A DNA stretch of 64,000 nucleotides from Alphaproteobacteria bacterium. GTDB taxonomy: Bacteria; Pseudomonadota; Alphaproteobacteria; UBA828. Positions 29,508 to 39,665 of the stretch are shown here, one piece after another (the stretch's first letter is position 1; the number at the start of each line of letters is the position of its first letter). Made by a program: the position numbers and the translations under genes. The stretch covers positions 736,001 to 800,000 of the forward strand of contig CAXXMU010000002.1 in NCBI GenBank assembly GCA_963667785.2. Direction: 5' to 3'. Under the pieces are notes generated by a model. The model made no database searches and was not told where the DNA came from. It saw nothing but the letters and a program-made list of their open reading frames with translations.

Positions 29508-30923
29508 ATGACAATGAGATCGATGAAATCCACGATCGGCGGGCTCGCCGCGCTCGCGCTGCTCGGCGCGGGGTCAAGCGCCGCCTGGGCGGAGAGTGCC
29601 GCCGAGATCGCGGTGCGCGAGGCCAAGCAGTATGCCGGCACCGAGATCAACGTGATCTGGGAGGCCGGGCTGCAGTCGCTCGGCCCGCAGAACTTCTCCG
29701 GCCCGAAGTGGGAGGAGCTCACCGGGATCAAGGTCAACGTGATCGAATCCCAGGTCAACGAGATGTTCCCGAAGATGCTTCAGGAGCACCGGGCCGGGAC
29801 CGGCGCCTATGACGTGCTGAGCGTGGTGCCCGCCTGGATGGGCGACATGGTGCGCGCCGGCGCGGTCGAGCCGCTCGACGCCTACGTCGACAAGTACGGC
29901 TACCGTGACGAGCTCGAGGACATCGGTGACGTCTACCGCGAGAATCAGATGCGGATCGGCGACACCATCTACGGCTTCCCGGATGATGGCGACGTGCTGA
30001 TTCTCTACTACCGCAAGGACATCTTCGAGGAGATGGGCCTCTCGGTGCCGACCACGTGGGACGAGTTCTACGAGGTCAGCAAGGCCATCACCGACGCGAT
30101 GGCGCCCGAGGTCTACGGTGCCGGCTTCATGCGGGTGCGCGGTCTGCTGCACTACTTCTATCAGGAGCGGGCGCGCAACGAGGGCTGCAAGTTCTTCGAC
30201 GCCGAGACGATGAAGGCGACGGTCAACGGCCCGGGCTGCGTCGCGGCGCTCGCCGGCATGCTCAAGGACAACACGACCATGCCGCCCGGCGTGGAGCAGT
30301 GGGGCGCGATCGAATCGCTCGCCGCCTTCAACGCCGGTCAGATCGCCATGACCCAATGGTGGCCACCGGTGGGCCGCTGGTCGGCGGGCTACGGCACCGA
30401 CGACATCGCCATGCAGTGGGTGCCGCCGTCTGTTGTTGCCGGCAAGGTGGGCTATGCGCTGCCGCCGGGCGGCCATCCCCAGCTCGCCGCCGGGTTCTCC
30501 ATGGCGGTCTCGTCCGACAGCAAGAACAAGGACGCGGCCTACCTCTACATCCAGTGGATCAACAGCATCGACATCAGCCTGCAGCGGGTGCAGCTGCCCT
30601 ACACGCTGCGCGATCCCTTCCGCAAGTCGCACTTCTCGTCTCCGGAGTACCAGTCGCTCTGGCCGGATGCGAAGGAGTATCTCGATGCGCTGCAGGCGGG
30701 CGGGGTCTCGGGCCTGCTCGATCTCTCGATCATCAACACCTTCGCCTACGAGGATGCGTTGGCGATCGGGCTGCAGGCGGCGATGGGCGGTGCCGACCCG
30801 CAAGAGGAGCTCGACGGCGTAGCATCTGCCTGGGACGAGCTCACCGAGAAGGTGGGCGTCGACGCGCAGCGCGAGGCCTACATGCAGTGGTCCTCGAAGC
30901 CCGCTGCCTATCCGTTCGACTGA
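29508..30923 (+). CDS. ABC transporter extracellular solute-binding protein, copy 2
   Basis: Same 471-aa length, collinear with copy 1 at offset 1495 bp. Confidence 0.88.
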   Translation: MTMRSMKSTIGGLAALALLGAGSSAAWAESAAEIAVREAKQYAGTEINVIWEAGLQSLGPQNFSGPKWEELTGIKVNVIESQVNEMFPKMLQEHRAGTGAYDVLSVVPAWMGDMVRAGAVEPLDAYVDKYGYRDELEDIGDVYRENQMRIGDTIYGFPDDGDVLILYYRKDIFEEMGLSVPTTWDEFYEVSKAITDAMAPEVYGAGFMRVRGLLHYFYQERARNEGCKFFDAETMKATVNGPGCVAALAGMLKDNTTMPPGVEQWGAIESLAAFNAGQIAMTQWWPPVGRWSAGYGTDDIAMQWVPPSVVAGKVGYALPPGGHPQLAAGFSMAVSSDSKNKDAAYLYIQWINSIDISLQRVQLPYTLRDPFRKSHFSSPEYQSLWPDAKEYLDALQAGGVSGLLDLSIINTFAYEDALAIGLQAAMGGADPQEELDGVASAWDELTEKVGVDAQREAYMQWSSKPAAYPFD

Positions 30924-30983
30924 TCCGGTACTCGGAGGGGGCGCGTCCCGCGTCCCCTCCCCCTCTTCCCTCTGTCGTCGGCC

Positions 30984-31346
30984 TCAGCCGACCGGCGTGC
31001 GCTTCTTCAGCTCGACCGGCTGGCCGTGCGGCGTCTGGATGGTCGCCTCGGTCCAGTCGCGCCTGAGGCCGGCGAGCGCGGCCTCCGAACCCAGCCCCTT
31101 GTCGATCACGAGCTTCTCCAGCGCCCGCAGCCAGTGCTCGTAGTAGCGATCGCCCAGGTCGGGATCGCCGCTCCGCTTCGCCGCCGCTATCTCCGCTGAG
31201 AGGTAGTCCACCCACTCCGACCAGGTGAACACGCCCGACTCCGACAGCGTGACCGCCATGGCGAAGGCGGTCGCCTGCCACGGCTCCTTGAAGACCGGCC
31301 CGTCCTCGGCTTCCCAGGGAAGCTTCGGCAGGTCCTCAGCGCTCAT
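30984..31346 (-). CDS. Nitrile hydratase accessory/activator protein
   Basis: PVFKEPWQATAFAMAV, FTWSEW, YYEHWLRALE, TPHGQPVEL; ATGA coupled to the beta C-half. Confidence 0.88.
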   Translation of the reverse strand: MSAEDLPKLPWEAEDGPVFKEPWQATAFAMAVTLSESGVFTWSEWVDYLSAEIAAAKRSGDPDLGDRYYEHWLRALEKLVIDKGLGSEAALAGLRRDWTEATIQTPHGQPVELKKRTPVG

Positions 31347-31696
31347 GCACTGTCAAGATAGTCGTCGAAGAGATCGATGTAGACGCAGGCGTTCGCATTG
31401 GCATCGGCGCCCCAGAGCTCGCTCCCCTCGAAGCGCACGCTGTAGACGTGCTGGGGGTCGCTGTGGGTGCCCGATACGGCGGAGGTGTCCGGGAACGAGA
31501 AGACGCCGTGATCGCGCGTGATCCGTCCGGTCCTGCCGCGGATGTAGCGCGGCAGCCGCGTATGGGACACGGGGTTGATGTCGCGGGCCGTGACCGTGTC
31601 GCCGACCTTGAACCTCGGAGCGACGTCCGCGTCCATGCGGCACGACGCGCCGCCGGCCACCAGGCCCGGGACCATCTCAGGCGTCAGAGTTGGCAT
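31343..31696 (-). CDS. nthB: Nitrile hydratase beta subunit, C-terminal (SH3-like) half
   Basis: RFKVGDTV, HTRLPRYIRGRTG, FPD, VYSVRF..SELWG, IDLFDDYL; own ATG in a TGATG overlap preceded by AGGAG. Confidence 0.85.
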   Translation of the reverse strand: MPTLTPEMVPGLVAGGASCRMDADVAPRFKVGDTVTARDINPVSHTRLPRYIRGRTGRITRDHGVFSFPDTSAVSGTHSDPQHVYSVRFEGSELWGADANANACVYIDLFDDYLDSA

Positions 31697-32010
31697 CACG
31701 ACTCTCCTGCTTCGCGAAGGCTCGCGATCTTTTCCTCGATCTCGGCCCTGGTCAGAATGCCCCTCTCCACCAGCACGGTCTCGTAGACGTGCAGCCAGTG
31801 CTCGTAATACGAGGTCTCCAGATATTCGGCCGGCCCCATCCGCTCGATGGCGTGGCGGAACATGTCCACGTTGAAGTGGCCTTCGGCGAAGTTCGTGAAG
31901 AACATGCCGAAGACCCGCCCCTCCCACTGCTCGTGGAACCGGGGCTCGTTTTCCTCGCGGACGATCGGGCCCATGCACTGCATGCCGCCCATGTCGTGGA
32001 TTCCGTTCAT
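31696..32010 (-). CDS. nthB: Nitrile hydratase beta subunit, N-terminal half
   Basis: MNGIHDMGG, FHEQWEGR, FRHAIERM, YLETSYYEHW, then a stop after 104 aa. Confidence 0.87.
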   Translation of the reverse strand: MNGIHDMGGMQCMGPIVREENEPRFHEQWEGRVFGMFFTNFAEGHFNVDMFRHAIERMGPAEYLETSYYEHWLHVYETVLVERGILTRAEIEEKIASLREAGES

Positions 32011-32033
32011 CGCTGTGCTCCCTCGGGAACCGG

Positions 32034-32642
32034 CTAGTCGGCGGGCGCTTCGACCAGCGCCGTGCCGATCATGGAATCGCGGGTCACCAGCGCAGCCAGC
32101 GCGTCCTCGCTCATCCCCTCCGTGCCGGTCGGCTGTTGCGGCAGCACCAGGTAGCGGAGCTCCGCGTTGCTGTCCCACACCCGCACCTCGACGTCGTCGG
32201 ACAGCTCGACGCCGAATTCCTCGAGCACGCCGCGCGGATCGATGACCGAGCGGGCGCGGAAGGGGGCGCTCTTGTACCAGATGGGGGGCAGGCCGAGCGT
32301 GGGCCACGGGTAGCAGGAGCAGAGCGTGCAGGTGACCAGGTTGTGCACCTCGTCGGTGTTCTCGACGACGATCATGTCCTCGCCCTGCACGCCGCTGAAG
32401 CCGAGCTCGGCGATCGCCGCGCTCCCGTCGTCCAGCAGCCTCTTCTTGTAGTCCGGGTCCGTCCACGCCCGGGCCACCACCTTGGCCCCGTTGCGCGGGC
32501 CGATTCGGGTCTCGTAGGTCTCCACCAGGGCGTCGATGGCGGCCGAATCGAGAAGGCCCTTCTCGGCAAGCAGCGTCTCCAGGGCCTTCACCCGCATCGC
32601 CGTATCGGACGGAGGAGCGTTATGGGCATGGTCGTGTGCCAT
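32034..32642 (-). CDS. nthA: Nitrile hydratase alpha subunit, cobalt type
   Basis: [21 protein letters not shown] (Co-type Thr/Tyr signature), LGLPP.WYKS, RYLVLP. Confidence 0.95.
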   Translation of the reverse strand: MAHDHAHNAPPSDTAMRVKALETLLAEKGLLDSAAIDALVETYETRIGPRNGAKVVARAWTDPDYKKRLLDDGSAAIAELGFSGVQGEDMIVVENTDEVHNLVTCTLCSCYPWPTLGLPPIWYKSAPFRARSVIDPRGVLEEFGVELSDDVEVRVWDSNAELRYLVLPQQPTGTEGMSEDALAALVTRDSMIGTALVEAPAD

Positions 32643-32794
32643 GATCGAGGGTCCCTCGTTCGCTTCCCTGAGCCGATGCTATCCCCTAGCCGAGTCCCGT
32701 TCAATCGCCTCCGCATCGCCGCACGCTCGACGCTGGTAAAGGCAGGGGCGAGCGCCTATTCTCCCGCCCGCTCGAAGTGGGGGAAAGTGCGCCC

Positions 32795-33784
32795 ATGCGC
32801 ATCGTTCGGCACTGGCACTCGACGCCCGCGGACGCGCGGGGCGCGGTGGTCGCCGTCGGCAATTTCGACGGCGTCCATCTGGGCCATCGCGCGGTCATCG
32901 AGGAGGGCCGGCGCGTCGCCGGCAGCCTCGGTGCGCCGCTCGCCGTGCTCACCTTCGAGCCGCACCCGCGCCAGGTGCTCGCCCCGCCGGACGAGCCCTT
33001 CAGGCTGACGCCCTTCCGCCTCAAGGCCCGCCACCTCGCCGCCCTCGGCGTGGACATCCTCTACGTCGCCCGCTTCGACCGCGCCTTCGCGGCGCGCGAA
33101 CCCGCCTCCTTCGTCACGGACGTGGTGGCCGCCGGCATCGGCGCGCGCCATGTCGTCGTCGGCCGCGACTTCGCCTTCGGCCGGGGCCGCACGGGCACCG
33201 TCGCGCTGCTTGCGGAGGTGGGTGCCGCGTGCGGAGTCGGCGTCACCCGCATCGAGGCCGCCGGGAGCGGCCAGGAGATCTACTCGGCCAGCCGGGCGCG
33301 CCGCCTGCTGGCGGCCGGCGATGTCGCCGCCGTCGCGCCGGTGCTGGGGCGCTTCTGGGAGATCGACGGCCACGTGATCGCGGGCGACCGGCGCGGCCGC
33401 ACCATCGGCTTCCCCACCGCCAACCTGCGCACCAGCGGCATCCTGCATCCGGCGCGCGGGGTCTACGCGCTCTGGGCGCAGCCCGGCGGCGAGGACGCGC
33501 GCTGGCTGCCGGCGGTCGCCAATCTCGGCCGCCGGCCGACCTTCCACAAGACCGAGGACCTGCTCGAAGTGCACATCTTCGACTATGACGGCGATCTGTA
33601 CGGCAAGCGGCTGCGCGCCGCCTTCGCAGACCGCGTGCGGCCCGAGCGCCGCTTCGACGGGATCGAGAGCCTGAAGGCCCAGATCGCCCGCGACTGCGAC
33701 TCGGCCCGCGCGATGCTCGCCCGCGCTCCGGCGCCCGACGCCGACGAGGCCTCTACCCCGCCCCTGCGCCAGGCACGGTCATGA
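32795..33784 (+). CDS. ribF: Bifunctional riboflavin kinase/FAD synthetase
   Basis: GNFDGVHLGH, TFEPHP, GRTIGFPTAN, EVHIFD, RPERRF. Confidence 0.96.
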   Translation: MRIVRHWHSTPADARGAVVAVGNFDGVHLGHRAVIEEGRRVAGSLGAPLAVLTFEPHPRQVLAPPDEPFRLTPFRLKARHLAALGVDILYVARFDRAFAAREPASFVTDVVAAGIGARHVVVGRDFAFGRGRTGTVALLAEVGAACGVGVTRIEAAGSGQEIYSASRARRLLAAGDVAAVAPVLGRFWEIDGHVIAGDRRGRTIGFPTANLRTSGILHPARGVYALWAQPGGEDARWLPAVANLGRRPTFHKTEDLLEVHIFDYDGDLYGKRLRAAFADRVRPERRFDGIESLKAQIARDCDSARAMLARAPAPDADEASTPPLRQARS

Positions 33785-36642
33785 GCGCCGACTACCGCGA
33801 TACCGTCCTCATGCCGCGCACCGGCTTTCCCATGAAGGCCAAGCTGCCGGAGCGCGAGCCGGCGATGGCCGCACGCTGGGAGGAGATCGGCCTCTACCGG
33901 CGCCTGCGCGAGCAGGCTGCCGGACGGCCCAAGTTCGTCCTCCACGACGGGCCGCCCTACGCCAACGGCCACCTGCACCTCGGCACCGCGCTGAACAAGA
34001 TCCTCAAGGACGTCGTCGTGCGCTCGCAGCAGATGCTGGGCAAGGATTCGGTCTACGTGCCCGGCTGGGATTGCCACGGCCTGCCGATCGAGTGGCAGGT
34101 CGAGCAGGCCTACCGCAAGGAGAAGCGCGACAAGGACTCCGTGCCGGTCAGCGAGTTCCGGGCGGACTGCCGCGCTTTCGCCGACCACTGGATCGGGGTG
34201 CAGAAGAGCGAGTTCAAGCGCCTCGGCGTCGTCGGCGACTGGGACGAGCCCTACACCACCATGAGCTTCGCGGCGGAAGCGCAGATCGTGCGCGAGCTCG
34301 GCCGCTTCCTGCTCGACGGCAGCCTCTACCGGGGGGCCCGGCCGGTGATGTGGTCGCCGGTCGAGAAGACCGCGCTGGCCGAGGCGGAGATCGAGTATCA
34401 CGACCACACCTCGGTGGTCATCACCGTCGCCTTCCCGGTCGTGCAGAGCCCGCTGGAGGCCCTCGACGGCGCCGCCGTCGTGATCTGGACGACGACGCCG
34501 TGGACCATCCCCGGCAACCGCTGCATCGCCTATGGCGAGGCGGTGCGCTACCTCGTGCTGGAGGTGACGGAGGTTGCCGATGGCGCGGCGGTCGCACCCG
34601 GCACGCGGATCGCCGCCGCCGAGGAGCTCGTGCCCTCGCTCTGCGCCGATACGGGCATCACCGGACACCGGGTGATCGCCTCGGACCTCCCTGGCACCGC
34701 CTTCGCCGGCACCGTCTGCGCCCACCCGCTGCGGGGCCGCGGCTACGACTTCCCGGTCCCGCTGATCCCGGCGGATCACGTGACCACTGAGCAGGGCACC
34801 GGCTTCGTCCATATCGCGCCCGGCCACGGTGCCGAGGACTTCGAGGCGGTGGCGCGCTACAACGCCGGCCTGACGGCCGATCAAAGGATGATTGAGACGC
34901 CGGCGACGGTGGACGACGACGGCCGCTTCTACGATCACGTGCCGGGCTTCGCCGGCGGGCACGTCTACGAGGTGAACGGCGATGTCGCCGACGCGCTGGC
35001 CGACGCCGGCCGCCTGCTCGCGCGCGGCACGCTAGTGCATTCCTACCCCCACTCCTGGCGCTCCAAGGCGCCGCTGATCTTCCGCAACACGCAGCAGTGG
35101 TTCATCAGCATGGAGACGACCGGGCTCAGGCAGACCGCGCTCGACGCCATCGACCGGGTGCGCTGGGTGCCGCCGGCAGGCCGGGCGCGGATCCGCTCGA
35201 TGATCGAGACCCGGCCGGACTGGGTGCTCTCGCGCCAGCGCGTCTGGGGCGTGCCGATCACGGTGTTCGTCTCGCGCGAGGATGGCGCCCCGCTGCGGGA
35301 CGAGCGGGTGGTGGAGCGCATCGCCGCCGCGGTGGAGGAGGAAGGGGCCGACGCCTGGTTCACCAGCGACAAGGCGCGCTTCCTCGCGCCGGAGCACGAC
35401 CCGGACGCCTACGACAAGGTCACGGACATTCTCGACGTCTGGTTCGAGAGCGGCACCACGCACAGCTTCGTCCTGGAGCAGCGGCCGGAGCTGATGTGGC
35501 CGGCCTCGCTCTATCTCGAGGGCTCGGACCAGCACCGCGGCTGGTTCCACAGCTCGCTTCTCGAATCCTGCGGCACGCGCGGGCGCGCGCCCTACGACGC
35601 CGTGCTCACCCACGGCTTCGTGGTCGATGGCGAGGGCCGCAAGATGTCGAAGTCGCTCGGCAACGTGATCGCCCCGCAGCAGGTGAACGAGCGCTACGGC
35701 GCCGACATCCTGCGTCTCTGGGTGGTGAGTGCCGACTACGCCGAGGACCTCAGGATCAGCGAGGAGATCCTGCGTTACCAGGCCGATTCCTACCGCCGGC
35801 TGCGCAACACGCTGCGCTTCCTGCTGGGTAACCTGGCCGACTTCCACCCCGGCGAGCGCCTGGCCCCGGAGGAGCTGCCCGCGCTCGAGCGCTGGGTGCT
35901 GCACCGGCTCGAGGGCCTCGGCCGCGAGGTGCGGCAATGGTGCGAGGACTTCGCCTTCCACGAGATGTTCGTGGCGCTGCATCACTTCTGCGCCGTCGAT
36001 CTCTCGGCCTTCTACTTCGACATCCGCAAGGACGCGCTCTATTGCGAGCCCGCCGGGTCGAGCCGCCGGCGCGCCGCGCGCACCGTGCTCAACAGCCTGT
36101 TCGACTGTCTCACCGCGTGGCTTGCGCCCTTCATCTGCTTCACCGCCGAGGAGGCCTGGCTCGCTCGCCACGCGGACGATACGAGCGTGCACCTGCGCAC
36201 CTTCCCGGCGCTGCCGGCGGCGTGGCGGGACGACGCGCTGGCCGAGCGGACCGAGCGCATGCGGGCGGTGCGCCGCGTCGTCACCAAGGCGCTGGAGCAG
36301 GCGCGCGCCGCGAAGGTCATCGGCTCCTCGCTGGAGGCCGCGCCCACGGTCTTCGTGCACGAGCGCTACCGCGACGCGCTGGCCTATGACGACGACGATT
36401 GCGCGACCCTCTTCATCACCTCGGACGCGCTCGTCGCGGCATGGGAGGACGCGCCGGCGAACGCCGATCTCGTCACCCTGCCCGAGGTGCCGGAGGTCGG
36501 CGTGCTGTTCGCACCGGCCGAGGCCGAGAAATGCGCGCGCTGCTGGCGGCTCCTGCCCGAGGTCGGCACCGTCGAGCGCTATCCCGATCTCTGCGGGCGC
36601 TGCGCGAGCGCCGTGGACGCGGCCCGCCCGGCTGCCGCCTGA
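33781..36642 (+). CDS. ileS: Isoleucyl-tRNA synthetase
   Basis: LHDGPPYANG, GWDCHGLPIE, WTTTPWT, SRQRVWG, EGSDQHRGWF, KMSKSLGN, C-terminal CARC...CGRC. Confidence 0.97.
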   Translation: MSADYRDTVLMPRTGFPMKAKLPEREPAMAARWEEIGLYRRLREQAAGRPKFVLHDGPPYANGHLHLGTALNKILKDVVVRSQQMLGKDSVYVPGWDCHGLPIEWQVEQAYRKEKRDKDSVPVSEFRADCRAFADHWIGVQKSEFKRLGVVGDWDEPYTTMSFAAEAQIVRELGRFLLDGSLYRGARPVMWSPVEKTALAEAEIEYHDHTSVVITVAFPVVQSPLEALDGAAVVIWTTTPWTIPGNRCIAYGEAVRYLVLEVTEVADGAAVAPGTRIAAAEELVPSLCADTGITGHRVIASDLPGTAFAGTVCAHPLRGRGYDFPVPLIPADHVTTEQGTGFVHIAPGHGAEDFEAVARYNAGLTADQRMIETPATVDDDGRFYDHVPGFAGGHVYEVNGDVADALADAGRLLARGTLVHSYPHSWRSKAPLIFRNTQQWFISMETTGLRQTALDAIDRVRWVPPAGRARIRSMIETRPDWVLSRQRVWGVPITVFVSREDGAPLRDERVVERIAAAVEEEGADAWFTSDKARFLAPEHDPDAYDKVTDILDVWFESGTTHSFVLEQRPELMWPASLYLEGSDQHRGWFHSSLLESCGTRGRAPYDAVLTHGFVVDGEGRKMSKSLGNVIAPQQVNERYGADILRLWVVSADYAEDLRISEEILRYQADSYRRLRNTLRFLLGNLADFHPGERLAPEELPALERWVLHRLEGLGREVRQWCEDFAFHEMFVALHHFCAVDLSAFYFDIRKDALYCEPAGSSRRRAARTVLNSLFDCLTAWLAPFICFTAEEAWLARHADDTSVHLRTFPALPAAWRDDALAERTERMRAVRRVVTKALEQARAAKVIGSSLEAAPTVFVHERYRDALAYDDDDCATLFITSDALVAAWEDAPANADLVTLPEVPEVGVLFAPAEAEKCARCWRLLPEVGTVERYPDLCGRCASAVDAARPAAA

Positions 36643-36677
36643 TCGGCCGGGCCTCCCCGGGGCCGGGAAGAGCGCTC

Positions 36678-37148
36678 TTGCTCCGTATCGGACTGCCGGT
36701 CGCCGCCGCCGTCGTCGTCGCCGACCAGGCCAGCAAGTATGTCGTGCGCGACGCGCTGTGGGACCCGCTCCGCTACATCGAGGTGACCTCCTTCTTCAAC
36801 CTCGTGCCGGTCCAGAACCGGGGCATCAGCTTCGGCCTCTTTCAGAGCGAGGGCGCCGGCACCTGGCTGATCGTCGGCCTCGCGCTCGCGATCTCCGCCG
36901 GCCTCGTGGTCTGGCTGAGCCGGACCCGCCTGCGCTGGCCGGCCTGGGCGCTCGGCCTCGTCATCGGCGGCGCCATCGGCAACGTGATCGACAGGGTACG
37001 CCTCGGCTGGGTCATCGATTTTCTCGATTTCCACGGCGGCGGCTACCACTGGCCGGCCTTCAACATTGCCGATGCGGCCATCAGCGTCGGCGTCGTCATG
37101 CTGATCCTGCACGGCTTCTTGATGAAGCCGCGGAAAGCGCCTAGATAG
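36678..37148 (+). CDS. lspA: Lipoprotein signal peptidase II
   Basis: DQASK, NRGISFG, GGAIGNVIDR, VIDF, FNIAD; start approximate (TTG). Confidence 0.92.
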   Translation: MLRIGLPVAAAVVVADQASKYVVRDALWDPLRYIEVTSFFNLVPVQNRGISFGLFQSEGAGTWLIVGLALAISAGLVVWLSRTRLRWPAWALGLVIGGAIGNVIDRVRLGWVIDFLDFHGGGYHWPAFNIADAAISVGVVMLILHGFLMKPRKAPR

Positions 37149-37154
37149 GGTCCC

Positions 37155-37760
37155 ATGGGCAAGGCGGTGCAGCGGGCGGCCTGGCACCGGGGAGCCGGCC
37201 GTATTGTCGCGGCGGGTCTCGGCGCCGTAGGCTTGGCGCTGGCGCTCGGCGCCTGCGGCAATGTCAGCCAGTCCCTCGGCCTCGGCAAGAACACGCCGGA
37301 CGAATTCGCGGTGGTCCGGAACCCGCCGCTTTCGCTCCCGCCCGACCTGACGCTCAGGCCGCCCCGTCCCGGCGAACGACCCACCAACGAGGTCTCGGCG
37401 CGCGATCAGGCGGAGACCCTCCTGCTGAGCGAAGCCGGCGGCGACCGAGCAGCCGACGCGGCGCAGGCGACCGAGACGCCGGGCGAAGCCGCGCTGATCG
37501 CGCATGCCGGCGCCGCCGACGTGGACCCCAACATCCGCGACATCATCCAGCGCGAGTATTCGGGCTACGCGTACAGGGACGAGAGCTTCGTCGAAGCGCT
37601 CATGTTCTGGCGCTCCGAGGACCCGCCTGGCGAGGTGGTCGACCCCGAGGCCGAAGCCGAGCGGCTGCGAGAGAACATCGAGGCCGGGAAGCCCGTCACG
37701 GAGGGCGAGACGCCGACGATCGAGCGGCGCGAAAGGGCTCTTCTCGAAGGGATATTCTGA
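37155..37760 (+). CDS. DUF3035-like lipoprotein
   Basis: Lipobox LGAC, PDEFAVV..PPL..PPD.LRPPRPG, DPNIR, VVDP.AE..RL; usual position after lspA. Confidence 0.8.
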   Translation: MGKAVQRAAWHRGAGRIVAAGLGAVGLALALGACGNVSQSLGLGKNTPDEFAVVRNPPLSLPPDLTLRPPRPGERPTNEVSARDQAETLLLSEAGGDRAADAAQATETPGEAALIAHAGAADVDPNIRDIIQREYSGYAYRDESFVEALMFWRSEDPPGEVVDPEAEAERLRENIEAGKPVTEGETPTIERRERALLEGIF

Positions 37761-37826
37761 GTTGACGCGATGGCGGCGCGCGGGCCCGCCGCCCATCGCC
37801 GCTCGCCGCTTCCTGGAGGTCGCCCC

Positions 37827-39665
37827 ATGACCATCCGTCTCCTGCCGGAGAGCGTGATCAACCGGATCGCGGCCGGCGAGGTCATCGAGCGGCCGGCGTC
37901 GGTGGTCAAGGAGCTGGTCGAGAACGCCATCGACGCCGGCGCGCGCAGCATCGAGGTGACGCTGGAGGAGAGCGGCCGCCGGCTCATCCGGGTCGCCGAC
38001 GACGGTCGCGGCATGACGCGCGAGGAGCTGCCGCTGGCGCTGGCCCGCCACGCCACCTCCAAGCTCACGGGCGACGGCGACCTCTGGTCGATCGCGACTC
38101 TGGGCTTTCGCGGCGAGGCGCTGCCCTCCATCGCCTCGGTCGGCAGGCTCACGATCGCGAGCCGTGCCGCCGGCGCCGGGAACGCGTGGACGATCGACGC
38201 GGCCGGCGGGGCGCCGGGTGCATGCACGCCCACCGCACGGCCGCAGGGGACCACCGTGACGGTGGCGGATCTCTTCTACGCGACGCCGGCACGGCTCAAG
38301 TTCCTCAAGGCGCCGCGCACCGAATCGGGCCATGTCGCGGATGCCGTCGGCCGCCTCGCCATGTGCCACCCGGCCATCGCCTTCGCGCTCACGGACGATG
38401 GCCGCAGCGCGCTGCAGGACGGGCCGCATGACGACGGGCCGACGGGGCGGCTCGCGCGGCTTGCGTTGGTCATGGGCCGGGCCTTCGCCGAGAACGCCCT
38501 GCCCATCGATGCCGAGCGCGAGGACGTGCGGCTCACAGGCTACGCGGCGCTGCCCACGCTGAATCGCGCCAGCGCGCAACACCAATACCTCTTCGTGAAC
38601 GGCCGGCCGGTGCGCGACCGCCTGTTGATGGGCGCGGTGCGCGCGGCCTACGCCGACTTCCTCCACCGCGGGCGCCATCCCATGGCGGCGCTCTTCCTCG
38701 AGCTTCCGCCGGACCGGGTGGACGTGAACGTCCACCCCACCAAGGCCGAGGTGCGCTTCCGCGACGGCGCGCTGGTGCGCGGGCTCATTGTTGGCGCGCT
38801 CAAGCGGGCGCTTGCCGCCACCGGGCACCATGCGGCGACCACGGTCGCCGAGGATGCGCTCGCCGCACTGCGGCCGCACAGCGGCGGCGACCGCGCCAGC
38901 GCCGGCGCCGATGGGGACTACGGCCCCGCACCGCCCTCCAGGGCGCCGCATCTGGCCGAGGCCCAGGCGCGCTACCACGCACCGCTCGATGCGCCGCTCC
39001 ACGCGCCGTCGGCCCGGGTCGACGCCGCGCCGCCGGCGGCGCAGGACGGTGCGTCGGCGGAGTCAGGCGACGCGACCGGCCCGGCCTATCCCCTCGGCGT
39101 CGCCCGCGGGCAGGTGCACGGCACCTATGTCGTGGCGCAGACCGAGGACGGCATCGTGATCGTCGATCAGCACGCCGCCCACGAGCGGATCGTCTACGAG
39201 CGGATGAAGGCCGCACTGGCGGACGCCGGCATCCGGCGCCAGATCCTGCTGATCCCCGAGGTGGTCGAGCTCGACGATAAGGCCGTCGCCAAGCTGGAGG
39301 CGCGGGCCGCCGAGCTGGCCGATCTCGGCCTGGTGCTGGAGCGCTTCGGCGCGGGCGCGGTGGTGGTGCGCGAGGTGCCGGCGCTCATCGGCAACGGCGA
39401 CACGCAGGGCCTGGTGCGCGACCTCGCCGACGAACTCGCCGAATGGGACGAGTCCTCGCCCCTGCGCCAGCGGCTCGCGGACGTGTGCAGCACGCTGGCC
39501 TGCCACGGCAGCGTCCGCGCCGGGCGCCGGCTCAACGCCGACGAGATGAACGCGCTGCTGCGGCAGATGGAGGCGACCCCCCACGCCGGCCAGTGCAACC
39601 ACGGCCGGCCGACCTACGTCGAGCTCAAGCTCGCCGACATCGAGCGCCTGTTCGGCCGGCGCTAG
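37827..39665 (+). CDS. mutL: DNA mismatch repair endonuclease MutL
   Basis: [56 protein letters not shown]. Confidence 0.97.
   Translation: MTIRLLPESVINRIAAGEVIERPASVVKELVENAIDAGARSIEVTLEESGRRLIRVADDGRGMTREELPLALARHATSKLTGDGDLWSIATLGFRGEALPSIASVGRLTIASRAAGAGNAWTIDAAGGAPGACTPTARPQGTTVTVADLFYATPARLKFLKAPRTESGHVADAVGRLAMCHPAIAFALTDDGRSALQDGPHDDGPTGRLARLALVMGRAFAENALPIDAEREDVRLTGYAALPTLNRASAQHQYLFVNGRPVRDRLLMGAVRAAYADFLHRGRHPMAALFLELPPDRVDVNVHPTKAEVRFRDGALVRGLIVGALKRALAATGHHAATTVAEDALAALRPHSGGDRASAGADGDYGPAPPSRAPHLAEAQARYHAPLDAPLHAPSARVDAAPPAAQDGASAESGDATGPAYPLGVARGQVHGTYVVAQTEDGIVIVDQHAAHERIVYERMKAALADAGIRRQILLIPEVVELDDKAVAKLEARAAELADLGLVLERFGAGAVVVREVPALIGNGDTQGLVRDLADELAEWDESSPLRQRLADVCSTLACHGSVRAGRRLNADEMNALLRQMEATPHAGQCNHGRPTYVELKLADIERLFGRR

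Noticed and set aside
31343-32010. nthB as a frameshifted pseudogene
   Set aside because: The break falls at the domain boundary with an RBS and TGATG coupling and catalytic residues are intact, so a functional split is favoured, though not proven.
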